Positions 19,393 to 29,069 of a stretch of 46,887 nt of DNA are shown here, piece after piece (within the stretch, counting starts at the first letter, position 1; every line of letters starts with the position of its first letter). The stretch is from NCBI GenBank assembly GCA_036170915.1, contig JAVHQC010000028.1:1-46887 (forward strand), in the 5' to 3' direction. The notes beneath the pieces were generated by a model. The model was given only the letters and a program-made list of their open reading frames with translations, searched no databases and had not been told where the DNA came from. A program made the position numbers and the translations under genes. This DNA is from Cyanobacteria bacterium auto_48_18 (GTDB lineage Bacteria; Cyanobacteriota; Vampirovibrionia; Obscuribacterales; Obscuribacteraceae).

Positions 19393-20613
19393 ATGGAGCA
19401 AAGAATAGTGATGTCTACAGTCAGAACCACAGCCACAACCACTCTAGCACTGAGCCTGGCCTTGAGCCTCAGTGGGGCCGCGGTTTTAGCTGAAACCATC
19501 AACTACAATTCGCAAGGTGCAAAAACCACCACCTACGGCACCACTCAATCATCTACTCAGGTTCGCACACCAGCTAGAAGATCAGGCACACCGGCTCCAA
19601 CCACAACGACAACTTCTTCTAGTTCCACTACGTCAACCTCCACCACTGGCACTGGCTCTACCACCACTGCTACTACTGCTGGTACCTCTACTGTTACGTC
19701 TACAACCAAAAGCACCGGTGGCAGTGCTGACCTTGTAGCTCTGCAAGGCCCTAAACAAATCGTTCATAGCGGCAGTGGCTGGAAAGAAAACGCCACTTAT
19801 ATCAACGTCAAACGAGGCCAAGAAATTCTGCCTTTGACCATGACCATCACCAATGGTCTCAATGGTGCTGCCAAAGTAACCGGTCTGCGCATCATGCTTA
19901 ATGGCCGCAAACTGGCCAGCGAAAGCTACTTCAGAGGCAGTGACAAATTTAGCCTCGATATGAGCGGGCTACTTAGCGCCGGCGATACACAGATGGCCAT
20001 ACAGACATTTGGCCCTGCCGGAGCCACTATCAGCTGGGTGCTCACCACCGGTAAAATCAAAGTTTCTGAAATCAAACCAGATACCGCGGCCGCTGGAGAA
20101 AAGCTCACCATCACCGGCAAAAATTTGCCCAAAGATAAGAGCGCCTATCAAGTATTCGTGGGCAAAGTAGCAGCCACAGTTAAATCAGTTACAGACAAAC
20201 AAATTGAATTCCTCGTGCCCAATGGCCTTGATGGCGGCAAACAGACAGTTACCCTCTACATCGCCGGCGTCAAGTGCGATCCGCTCTACTTCAAAATGAA
20301 ATCGTCGCCAGAAATCTTTAGCGTAAACATGATTGAAACCACACCAGCCAGCCCATTCACCATATCTGGTAAGGGCTTCTCTACAAAAGCTTCTGAAAAC
20401 GAAGTCACCGTGGGTGGTACCAGCTGCCAGGTCACGTCTGCTTCAGCTACTTCGCTCGAGTGCTTCATTCCAGACAGCATTCAATGTCCACAACGTGACA
20501 TTGCCGTACAGGTAAAAACCAATGGCGTGGTAGCCAAAGGCAACGTCACCATGTGCGTTACCATACGCACAATCCGCTCAGGTGAATCGTTACCCGCTGA
20601 CGGTTTCCACTAA
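19393..20613 (+). CDS. Secreted IPT/TIG-domain protein
   Basis: Signal peptide, Thr/Ser-rich linker, two IPT/TIG repeats (IKPDTAAAGEKLTITGKN; FTISGKGFS...VTVGG..C.VTSAS.TSL.C); start may be 19411. Confidence 0.85.
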   Translation: MEQRIVMSTVRTTATTTLALSLALSLSGAAVLAETINYNSQGAKTTTYGTTQSSTQVRTPARRSGTPAPTTTTTSSSSTTSTSTTGTGSTTTATTAGTSTVTSTTKSTGGSADLVALQGPKQIVHSGSGWKENATYINVKRGQEILPLTMTITNGLNGAAKVTGLRIMLNGRKLASESYFRGSDKFSLDMSGLLSAGDTQMAIQTFGPAGATISWVLTTGKIKVSEIKPDTAAAGEKLTITGKNLPKDKSAYQVFVGKVAATVKSVTDKQIEFLVPNGLDGGKQTVTLYIAGVKCDPLYFKMKSSPEIFSVNMIETTPASPFTISGKGFSTKASENEVTVGGTSCQVTSASATSLECFIPDSIQCPQRDIAVQVKTNGVVAKGNVTMCVTIRTIRSGESLPADGFH

Positions 20614-20636
20614 TACAAATTTACTGATAGAAGCAG

Positions 20637-21926
20637 TTACGGGCCAATCTCAAACTCACCGGTCATGCGCGCCCGGGGCGCGCTGCGAGCCAGTGCCGCT
20701 GTTTTCTCACTACCAAATTTATGGCCGTGAGCAATGTTATTAGGGCCCTTGCCGGCAGCGTAGATTGATCCACGATTAGCATCAAAATATCCCACTGCTT
20801 CGCCATCAAATGCCGACGCTAACACCCGTTCGGCCAGTCCCATACTGTAACCAAGGCCATGACCATTACAACCCACGGCAAAATGCACACCAGCTAAATG
20901 CGGCAGCTCGCCAACTAGAGGCAACCCGTCTTCAGTGAAGGCCATGGTTCCGGACCAGCGATATTCAATGGCCAGGCCAGCCAGCTCAGGAAAATGATCT
21001 TTCAAATAGTGTTCCAGGGCAGTTTGCACAGGCTTAGTAATTAAATCGGCCGCCCCCGATTCTTCTTGCAGAAACGGCTGACGGCAGCCGCCTAAGACTA
21101 GTCTGCGGTCAGGTAATTGCCTGAAATACTCCCACCCATAATTGGCATAACAAAGAGCATTTAAGATTTTCTTTTTCAGTGGCATTGTGGCGAACATTTG
21201 ACCACGAGCCGGTTGTAAGCGCTCGAGAAAATAAGAATCTAAGGCCGGCGAATAAGCATTGGTTGCAATAATGGCTTTGTCGCAGATTACCTTCTCGCTA
21301 CCGGCAGTAATTAAAATGGCCTGGTTGCTGTGTTCTATTTGTCTGACGCTTTGCTCTTCCAACACCTGAGCACCACTTTTTTGCAAAAGCGCGCGCACCA
21401 ATTTAACCGGGTTAACACCAAAATCGCCGGCATGATGAAGGGCGCCATAATAGCCTCTATCAAGCGGATCGCTGGTAAGCAAATCAACAGCGAAGCCGTC
21501 TTCGCGCATTAGTGTGCATGACAGCGACTGCTCTTCAAGCTCTTCTAAAGACGAGGCTAGCAAATAAGAGCCGCACGGGTCGTAGTCTACGGCCGCAAGC
21601 TGGTCACCAAGCGCCTCTTTCAACAACTGCTGGTTGCGCTCGCCCAGAGTATAAATATAGCGAGCCAGGTCACGGCCATATTGTTTAACGCAAGATTGAT
21701 AGTACGATTGAATGCCGCGCAGGACAAAACCGCCGTTACGCCCAGAGGCTCCAGTGGCTATCTGACCGGCATCGAGCACAACGACTTTCAAATTGCGGGC
21801 CGCCGCCAGGTAGGCGCAGGCCGCACCGACAACGCCACCACCGACGATGGCAAGATCTGCTCGTATGGGCTGGTTTACTACAGGCTCGCCATCTGCGAGC
21901 GGGTCAAGCCATACCGATAGGGTCAT
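20637..21926 (-). CDS. FAD-dependent oxidoreductase (DAO/PuuB-like)
   Basis: IVGGGVVG dinucleotide motif, GASGRNGG, IIATNAY, WSGTMAFTEDGLPLVG, GCNGHG. Confidence 0.93.
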   Translation of the reverse strand: MTLSVWLDPLADGEPVVNQPIRADLAIVGGGVVGAACAYLAAARNLKVVVLDAGQIATGASGRNGGFVLRGIQSYYQSCVKQYGRDLARYIYTLGERNQQLLKEALGDQLAAVDYDPCGSYLLASSLEELEEQSLSCTLMREDGFAVDLLTSDPLDRGYYGALHHAGDFGVNPVKLVRALLQKSGAQVLEEQSVRQIEHSNQAILITAGSEKVICDKAIIATNAYSPALDSYFLERLQPARGQMFATMPLKKKILNALCYANYGWEYFRQLPDRRLVLGGCRQPFLQEESGAADLITKPVQTALEHYLKDHFPELAGLAIEYRWSGTMAFTEDGLPLVGELPHLAGVHFAVGCNGHGLGYSMGLAERVLASAFDGEAVGYFDANRGSIYAAGKGPNNIAHGHKFGSEKTAALARSAPRARMTGEFEIGP

Positions 21927-22051
21927 ATTGTCATAGCTTCACAGACTCAAGTGCAAAAATGGAAATCGCCAGGTACCGGTCTATAATCTCTGTAGCTTCC
22001 TAGCTTATATTTTGCCCAAAATTCTCCCTCTATATAGCCGAAACAAAAACA

Positions 22052-23165
22052 ATGAACTTAGCCGAGTTAAAACGTGAAATCGAGACTGTTGCAGAGCGCC
22101 TGACGAAAGTCGGCGAGTATCTTTGACTTAGACGATTTACAGAAGGAATTGAGTTCGCTAGAAGAAGAGACTTTGCAGGCCGATTTCTGGAATGACCAGA
22201 AAGCCTCTCAAAAAGTAACCCAGCGTATGAGTCGCCTCAAGGGTCAAATTGAGCAGCAAGAAAACTGGCAGAGGCAGCTTTCCGACTTGCAGGTGCTTTT
22301 GCAAATCGGCCAGGAAGAAGACGACGAGTCTGTAGCTGCCGAGATCCAAACCTTACTTACTAAACTCGAAAGCGAGCTGACCAGCTTTGAATTGACCAGG
22401 TTACTTGGCGGTGAATATGATGATAGCTCCGCTATTGTTACCATAAACGCCGGGGCGGGTGGCACAGACGCCCAAGACTGGGCCGAAATGATGTTACGCA
22501 TGTATTTGCGCTGGTGTGAGAAAAAAGGCTTCAAAACTGAATTGTTAGATCAGTCTGCCGGTGAAGAAGCAGGCCTCAAAAGTGTTACTTTCCGGGCTGA
22601 TGGTCCTTTTGCTTACGGCTATTTCAGCTGCGAGAAGGGTGTACACCGCCTGGTGCGCAAATCACCTTTTAAATCGGGCAACGATTCGAGACAGACGTCG
22701 TTTGCAGCTGTGGAAGTTTCTCCACTGATGAACGACATCGATTCAGTAATAGAAATTCGCGACGAAGACATCGAAGTGGGCACCATGCGCTCTGGTGGAG
22801 CTGGAGGACAGAACGTCAACAAAGTTGAGTCAGCCGTGCGAATTGTTCACAAAGCTACTGGAATAGCCGTTAAATGTCAGCAAGAGCGAAGTCAGCTACA
22901 GAACAAGGCTCTGGCCATGGAACTGTTGCGCTCGAAACTACTGGCTATCAAACAGGCCGAACGTGAAGAAGAGCTGGCCAGGGTTAAAGGAGTAAATGTC
23001 TCTGCCACTTTTGGCAATGCCATTCGCTCTTATGTGCTCGATGATCGCATGGTCAAAGATCACCGCACAAAATGCGAGACCCCTCAAGTGGAAAATGTTT
23101 TGAATGGTGACCTTGACGAGTTCGTGGAAAGCTATTTGCGTTACAAGGCTGTCGAGCGGGTTTAG
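22052..23165 (+). CDS. prfB: Peptide chain release factor 2, expressed via +1 programmed frameshift
   Basis: ORF1 22052-22123 ([24 protein letters not shown]) ends CTT-TGA-C; the +1 frame from 22125 joins the ORF containing [11 protein letters not shown] and GGQ. Confidence 0.97.
22112..22127 (+). other. prfB: RF2 +1 frameshift site
   Basis: GGCGAG TAT CTT TGA C; canonical CTTTGAC at 22121-22127. Confidence 0.95.
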
Positions 23166-23352
23166 CTCGGAATTTGTTCCGATATCGGAAGAAAATCCTG
23201 AGCCAATTTACCTGCGAAAGCACGCACAACTCGCGTAAAGCCAATGCCAAAACGCAGAGAAATTTTCAAAAAAATCTCTGCGTTTTGGCCGGTCGTTTTA
23301 GACCCTGCCGCACCATCAAAACCTCGCAGCGATAGCGATAACCCCAAGAATG

Positions 23353-23388
23353 TCAGTGATTTGTCGTCACATCACTACAAATCACTGA
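23353..23388. repeat. 12-bp perfect inverted repeat
   Basis: TCAGTGATTTGT (23353-23364) / ACAAATCACTGA (23377-23388). Confidence 0.7.
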
Positions 23389-23993
23389 GGCTTAAATTTG
23401 GCCTTTCATAGTGCAGGAATAGCTTTCGGGATTGATTACAATGAACCATAAAGACATTGTTAACGAGCGATAATGTCAAGCGCCGAAGACGCGGCAACCG
23501 CGCACCGTGAAGCGATACTTGACAATTCGTTAAGTGAACCGCGCTAAGTATTTCCTTTGCTCATTAACGAAACACAATCCCGCGAATCCTTTGCAGAAGG
23601 TACTTTTCAGCCTCCAAAGCTCAGCTTTTGCCTACCCCAAAAATATTCCAGTAATAGGGGTTTACCCCTACCCCTTGAAAACTGCCGTTACAATCCGCCA
23701 GCGGGCCATTTAACCATCTTGATAACGCGCCTATCTACCACCGTTAACAAGAGCGATTAGCCTTTTCTTTAGAGTCTCCCCACAACCGCTATATGAGGTA
23801 CCTCACATGTTTTGAGGCGCTGCCTACATACTGATACGTTCAATATATTCATCGTCATTCCAAATCAACCCAAGGACTCTCCACTTACTTCAGCAAACCC
23901 CCATCTCCGACCTCCCACCAATCCAGGCACCCCATCCCGCAAGGCGATAGAGCGAAACAGACCTGGAAATCCCGATTTTTATCTGGACGCGCA

Positions 23994-24245
23994 TCAATAT
24001 GAATGACGGTGCCGTGGGTTTTCGAGTAACACAATCCATATTGAGACTTCGGTTTCGAACAGCGATTGTGGGTTTGCCAGCAAGCGAGTTCTTCTAATAC
24101 TAAGTCCGTACCCCTGTTCCTCCGTTACCAACGATTGAACATCTGTACGTATGTACTTTCGTCGTGCACCTGACTGACCAATCTCTACGGATGTTCAATC
24201 AGGCGCTTTGACCAAGGCTTTAGAGCGGACATCGTCAGATGCCCT
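23994..24245 (+). ncRNA. Candidate structured 5' leader of the prkA unit
   Basis: cUUCGg-capped hairpin 24041-24058; 15-bp stem 24133-24147/24186-24200 with one G-U; further short hairpins before the SD. Confidence 0.35.
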
Positions 24246-24330
24246 GCTTTTTCGCCCAGTTCTGTAACTTCCCGGCAATCACCCGCAAACGTGGGTCTAG
24301 CTGGACAAACTTCTTAAGAAGGAGGCAATC

Positions 24331-26574
24331 ATGGCTTACAACGAGCAAGAATTCAAAAAGTTGCTCGGTTTGGAGTCGGTTGTGGTGGAAAAGATCACGT
24401 TCGGAGAATTCCTCTCTCGTTTGAGGGACAATCCGCAGATCGCCGACACCGCGGCCGCTACTCTGGTCCGAGCAATTGAGTCGAAGGGTGAAGTGGACAT
24501 CAAGTCCGCACCCGCGACCTTGCGCCCCTACTTGAACATGCTCAAGAAGATGGGCGTTCCTACCTGGAAGGCGTTTAAGAATGTTCGTGGCTCGCAGCGC
24601 ACCGTCGCTCGCGTCCTCAACCATCTTCGCGCCGCCGCCGCCAACGGCTATCAGCTGAAACTGGCACTCATCCTCAAAGGCGGCCCCGGCTCTGGTAAGG
24701 GAACCCTTGCCAATGCCATCAAGGCTTGTCTGGAAGGTGAGATCGTTTACACCGTTGCAGGTTGTCCGGTTCACGAGAACCCGATCAACTTGCTCAATCT
24801 TCTTCCGCCCGATCGCATCAGCACCCTCGCTGAAATGCTCGAGATGACCGAGGAAGATCGCACCAAGCAGGCGGCCGCCGCGTCAAAGGGTGACAAGGTT
24901 GAAAAGCCGAAGCCCTCGCTGCGGGACCTCATCGCCATCTCCGGACAGCCCTGTCAGGTCTGCTGGTCGAAGGTGATGGAGAACCTGCCCGACGGCACCA
25001 AGCCGAACTTGATGGACATCGAGATTCTGGCTGAGCGGCTCTCCAGCCGTAAGTTCGGTATCTCCACCTGGTCCAAAGACTGCACGCTCGCCGAAGCTCT
25101 CCGCAAGGGCAGCCGCGGCGTAGTCGACATGCCGGAAATCTTCGGATCCACGGCAGCGCAGGGTCAGCAGTCGGAATCGGTCGATGAGATCGATTTGCTG
25201 CTCGAAGCAACCAACGACCGCAGCATTCCTGCAGGTTGCTCGAACGAGAAAGACAGCTGTGGCACCAAGGTGTCGCGCACCGGCATGGAGCCCATCGACG
25301 CCATCATGATCGGTCAGACCAACGATGGAGCGTTCGATCGCTTCATTAAGGATCAGGCCGACCCCAACAAGTTCACGCGTCGTTTCGCGCCGATCAACGT
25401 GCCTTACATCACGTCGGTGTCGGAAGAAGAGGCGGCTTACTGGGAGCAGGTCGAAGCCATGCGCGAAAAGCCGCACTTCGACCCGATGACTTTGAAGATT
25501 GCGGCCCTTCTCGCGGTGACAAGCCGTATGAAGAAGGAACACGAAGTCGACATCGTCAGCCGTGCTCGTATGTATGACGGCGAACAGCTGGTGGTCGAGA
25601 TGAAGAATCCGTCCACGGCCATCGCACAGAACAGCGGCGCCTTCGGACGTCCCGCCAGCATCGGAGGTTCGCCCAGCGAGCCGAAGAAAGAGGTGATGTT
25701 CTGGTCGGTTGGTCAGTTCTGGGCAGAAGCCGGGGAAGACGAAGGTATGTACGGGCTGAACATGCCCAGCATGCTCAAGTTGATCTCGGAAGCTGTGGAA
25801 CTGGCTCTGCGTGCGCCCAGCGCTCCTGGTGAAAGCAAGAAGTGCATCAGCACTTTCGAGATGCTGACTTTCCTGCGTGCGCGTGTCACCGCCATGCAGA
25901 AGACCCCTGGTCTGACGGACAAAGAAAAGGAAGTTCTGAAGAACTGCCTTGAATACCTGAAGGGCCCCACCTCATCGACCGACACCAAGGCCGGTCTGAT
26001 CGAGGAAGAGTATCGTCGCGTTCTGCGTCGGCAGCTGTTGGAGGTTGTTTCCCCCGACTTCGACCGTCGCGCCAACGAAATCTTCGAACGCTACCGCGTT
26101 CACGCTCGTGCCTTCTCGTCTGGTGACAAGAAGTGCTTCGAGATCGTGGACATCGGTGGGCGCAAGGAGAAGCGTGAAAAGGACGTCGACACCGCTTTCT
26201 TATTGGATATCGAAACGTGGATGAAGCTGACGACGCAGTCTGATCGTGAGCAGTTCCGCCGTTCGGTTGAAACCCAAATCACGCCCTACCTGATCGCTCA
26301 GGTGGAGCACGCCGAAGGCGACGAGACAGGTGAAGACAAGGTCGAACTGTCCTGGCGCTCCCTGCCGAAGCTTGCCGCGGGCATCTCAGCCAAGCTGAAC
26401 GATGAAGCCGCGAAAAAGCTCGGTCGTCTTCTCAAGTCCGAGATCGAACTGAACGACGAAGAGAAAATTCAACGTCGTGATGCCCTCGGACGCTTCTCCA
26501 AGCTCGGGTACTGTGAGCACTGCCGTGAGCAGTCGCTTACTTACTTCAACGACTACCAGCTGTGGAAGCTCTAA
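24331..26574 (+). CDS. prkA: PrkA/YeaG-family AAA+ protein, divergent copy 1
   Basis: LILKGGPGSGKGT P-loop, CPVHENP, IGQTN, INVPY, RARMYDGE, EGMYG, C-terminal GYCEHC; SD AAGGAGG. Confidence 0.8.
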   Translation: MAYNEQEFKKLLGLESVVVEKITFGEFLSRLRDNPQIADTAAATLVRAIESKGEVDIKSAPATLRPYLNMLKKMGVPTWKAFKNVRGSQRTVARVLNHLRAAAANGYQLKLALILKGGPGSGKGTLANAIKACLEGEIVYTVAGCPVHENPINLLNLLPPDRISTLAEMLEMTEEDRTKQAAAASKGDKVEKPKPSLRDLIAISGQPCQVCWSKVMENLPDGTKPNLMDIEILAERLSSRKFGISTWSKDCTLAEALRKGSRGVVDMPEIFGSTAAQGQQSESVDEIDLLLEATNDRSIPAGCSNEKDSCGTKVSRTGMEPIDAIMIGQTNDGAFDRFIKDQADPNKFTRRFAPINVPYITSVSEEEAAYWEQVEAMREKPHFDPMTLKIAALLAVTSRMKKEHEVDIVSRARMYDGEQLVVEMKNPSTAIAQNSGAFGRPASIGGSPSEPKKEVMFWSVGQFWAEAGEDEGMYGLNMPSMLKLISEAVELALRAPSAPGESKKCISTFEMLTFLRARVTAMQKTPGLTDKEKEVLKNCLEYLKGPTSSTDTKAGLIEEEYRRVLRRQLLEVVSPDFDRRANEIFERYRVHARAFSSGDKKCFEIVDIGGRKEKREKDVDTAFLLDIETWMKLTTQSDREQFRRSVETQITPYLIAQVEHAEGDETGEDKVELSWRSLPKLAAGISAKLNDEAAKKLGRLLKSEIELNDEEKIQRRDALGRFSKLGYCEHCREQSLTYFNDYQLWKL

Positions 26575-26627
26575 CCCGCGTCGGGTCACAGCTCCATCCT
26601 GAAAACACTTTAGTGAGGTTAAAAATC

Positions 26628-28811
26628 ATGGAAACGAACACCAATTCTTCCTTCAAGGGCACCTTCGCCGATTGGCTGGCAGCCCGTGGCAAGGACCCCC
26701 GTCAGACCGAATCGTCCAAGAGCCGCCTGCTCCGCTTGATCATGCAGGGTGGCGAGAACGAAACGGCAACCATCCGCACCCGTCGCATCTACGGCGACGA
26801 GTCCATCACCGCGTACAACACCTTCAACATGTTCTACGGTGTCGAGCGGTCGGTGTACAACATCACCAACTCCTTCTGCGTTCCTGCCACCATGGGTGGT
26901 GAGACCGACAAGCAGGCTCTCGTTCTGATTGGCCCTCCCGGCGCCGGCAAGTCCGACCTCGTGACCCGCATCAAGAACCTGTACCGCACCGCGGATCCGA
27001 TCCCCTACCTGAAGGGCTCGCGCATCCACGACAACCCGCTGAACCTGTTCTTCATGGTGCAGCTCGTTGCCGAGAAGCAGGCTGACGCCGAACTCGACAA
27101 GGATCCCTCGATCAACTTCGCTGCCCGCGTGCATGCGATCAAGGTCGAGATTCTGAACTCGCTGAAGCTGGCTGACCTGCTCGACTTCACGGCTGTCGCC
27201 ACCGTCACCGGTGCCAACGACCAGCCGGCCACCATCGAAGGCATCGCCGCCCTGCAGCCCACCGAGCTCGTCTCGGCCGTGGTTGCTGGTCTCGGTCTGC
27301 CGTCGAGCACCCGCAACGCCGTCGGCGTTCCCGAGCCGATGATCCAGGACCTCGTGCTCGGCATCTATCAGCGTCCCGGCAAGCCCATTGCCATCGCTGA
27401 CTTCCCCATCGACTCCATGCGGTTCACCGACGACTTCTCCGGCTCCACCGGTATCGTCGACGTGGCCGAGGTTCAGCCGCTGAACTTCGACATCGCCAAG
27501 TGGGTCGGTTCGGAAAACCTGGCCAACATGGGCCGCTTCCAGGACGGCGATCCGCGCCTGATCAACCTGAACGGTGCCTTCAACAAGGGCAACCGTGGTC
27601 TGGTCATCCTGACGGAAGGTCTGAAGAACCCGCCGGAAGCACACCGTGTGCTGCTGGAAGCCCTGCAGGGTCGCCGCATTCAGTTGCCGGCACCGCTGGA
27701 AGGCTCGGTCTTCTTCGACGGCTTGATCATCATTCACTCCAACGAGGGTGAATATGACAAGTTCATGAAGGTGCGTGAGAACGAGCCGTACGCGGACCGT
27801 TTCTTCCGTATCTGGTTCCCCTATCCGCTGGAGATGACCCAGGCGGAGCGCGTCATCCGGAAGTTCTGGGGCGCGTCGGAGTTCTCCAAGAAGGACAGCA
27901 AGGACTACGTTTCGGTGGACCCGGACGTGTTCAGCTGGCTGGCCCGCATGGAAGTGCTGACCCGCATCGACAAGGGTGGTCAGGTTCCCCTGAACATCAA
28001 GGTTGACGCCTACGACGGCCGCAACATGCGCGACAAGGGTATGGGGATGAAGATCTCCGTGTCCGACTTGCGTGCTCGCGCTTCGCAGCGTGAGGGCCTG
28101 GAAGGTCAGTCGCCGCGTGAGACCAACAAGGTCATGCAGATGGTCGCTGCTCGGGTGCAGGGTCGCGGTAACACCGTGACCACGGCGCTCCTGCGTGAGG
28201 CCTTCCGCGACTGGTTCAAGCAGACCGTCACCGACGAGAAGCAGCTCGAGTTCAAGATGGGCATCATCCGTAACGAGCTCGACGAAGTTCGCCGGAAGTA
28301 CCTGCAGAAGCTCGTTCTGTCCTCGCTGGTCGAGGGCTTCAAGGACGAGGCGCAGCAGACCTGGGACAAGTACCTGGACAACATCCGGGCCTGGGCTTCG
28401 AACTCCAGCGTGAAGTCGTCCGCGGGTTACTCCAAGGGCACCGTTGGTGGTGACGAGTCGTTCATGCGCGAAATCGAAAGCGATCCGGATTGGGGCGTGA
28501 CCTCAGCCGAAGCGCCGAAGTTCCGTGCGGAAATCCAGGCTGCGGTGAACCAGTACATCACCGAGAACGGTGCGAAGAACATCCCGTACACCTGCCATGC
28601 GGCGGTGCAGAAGTGCATCGAGCGTTTCGTTCTCAAGAACGTGCGCAACGCGGCTCGTCTGTTCGCGTCTTCGTCCGCTCGTTCGGATGAGGACCGTCGC
28701 AAGTTGTCTGCCGCCAAGCAGCGCCTGGTCGACCTCGGCTTCACCGAGTGGTCGGCTGAGGAGCTTCTGCGTGAAGCGGAAGAGAACGCGGACTTCCTGG
28801 TCGAGCGTTAA
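26628..28811 (+). CDS. prkA: PrkA/YeaG-family AAA+ protein, copy 2
   Basis: FYGVE, LIGPPGAGKS, DPRLINLNGAFNKGNRGLVILTEGLK, IIHSNEGEY, NEPYADR, KVDAYDG, EGLEGQSPR; start 26628 with GAGG SD. Confidence 0.88.
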   Translation: METNTNSSFKGTFADWLAARGKDPRQTESSKSRLLRLIMQGGENETATIRTRRIYGDESITAYNTFNMFYGVERSVYNITNSFCVPATMGGETDKQALVLIGPPGAGKSDLVTRIKNLYRTADPIPYLKGSRIHDNPLNLFFMVQLVAEKQADAELDKDPSINFAARVHAIKVEILNSLKLADLLDFTAVATVTGANDQPATIEGIAALQPTELVSAVVAGLGLPSSTRNAVGVPEPMIQDLVLGIYQRPGKPIAIADFPIDSMRFTDDFSGSTGIVDVAEVQPLNFDIAKWVGSENLANMGRFQDGDPRLINLNGAFNKGNRGLVILTEGLKNPPEAHRVLLEALQGRRIQLPAPLEGSVFFDGLIIIHSNEGEYDKFMKVRENEPYADRFFRIWFPYPLEMTQAERVIRKFWGASEFSKKDSKDYVSVDPDVFSWLARMEVLTRIDKGGQVPLNIKVDAYDGRNMRDKGMGMKISVSDLRARASQREGLEGQSPRETNKVMQMVAARVQGRGNTVTTALLREAFRDWFKQTVTDEKQLEFKMGIIRNELDEVRRKYLQKLVLSSLVEGFKDEAQQTWDKYLDNIRAWASNSSVKSSAGYSKGTVGGDESFMREIESDPDWGVTSAEAPKFRAEIQAAVNQYITENGAKNIPYTCHAAVQKCIERFVLKNVRNAARLFASSSARSDEDRRKLSAAKQRLVDLGFTEWSAEELLREAEENADFLVER

Positions 28812-28838
28812 TCCGTAGGTCAGGCGACCTGAGCGCGA

Positions 28839-28983
28839 GGGGGGTGGCGGTTTGAGAGGAGCAATCCTTTCTATAGCCGCTGCTCCCCAGAGCGACAGTC
28901 ACATTTAGTATGAAGGAGGCAGGTCACGCTTTGGTAAGGAGCAATCTTTACTAAGGTGGGGCCTGCCTTTCTTCTTCTTTTTT
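28839..28983 (+). other. Twin long hairpins capped by GA-GCAA-TC; second followed by a T tract (terminator-like)
   Basis: Hairpins 28839-28888 and 28912-28974, GCAA loops at 28861 and 28941. Confidence 0.75.
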
Positions 28984-29069
28984 GCAAAACCTTGACAAGC
29001 TCTGTGGTTCATTTCACCAGAGTCTGCCAGGTCGTTCAACTTAAGGAGTTAACCTCCAGGAGGCAAGTC

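Noticed and set aside
22149..23165. prfB as a truncated gene or pseudogene
   Set aside because: Explained by the canonical programmed +1 frameshift
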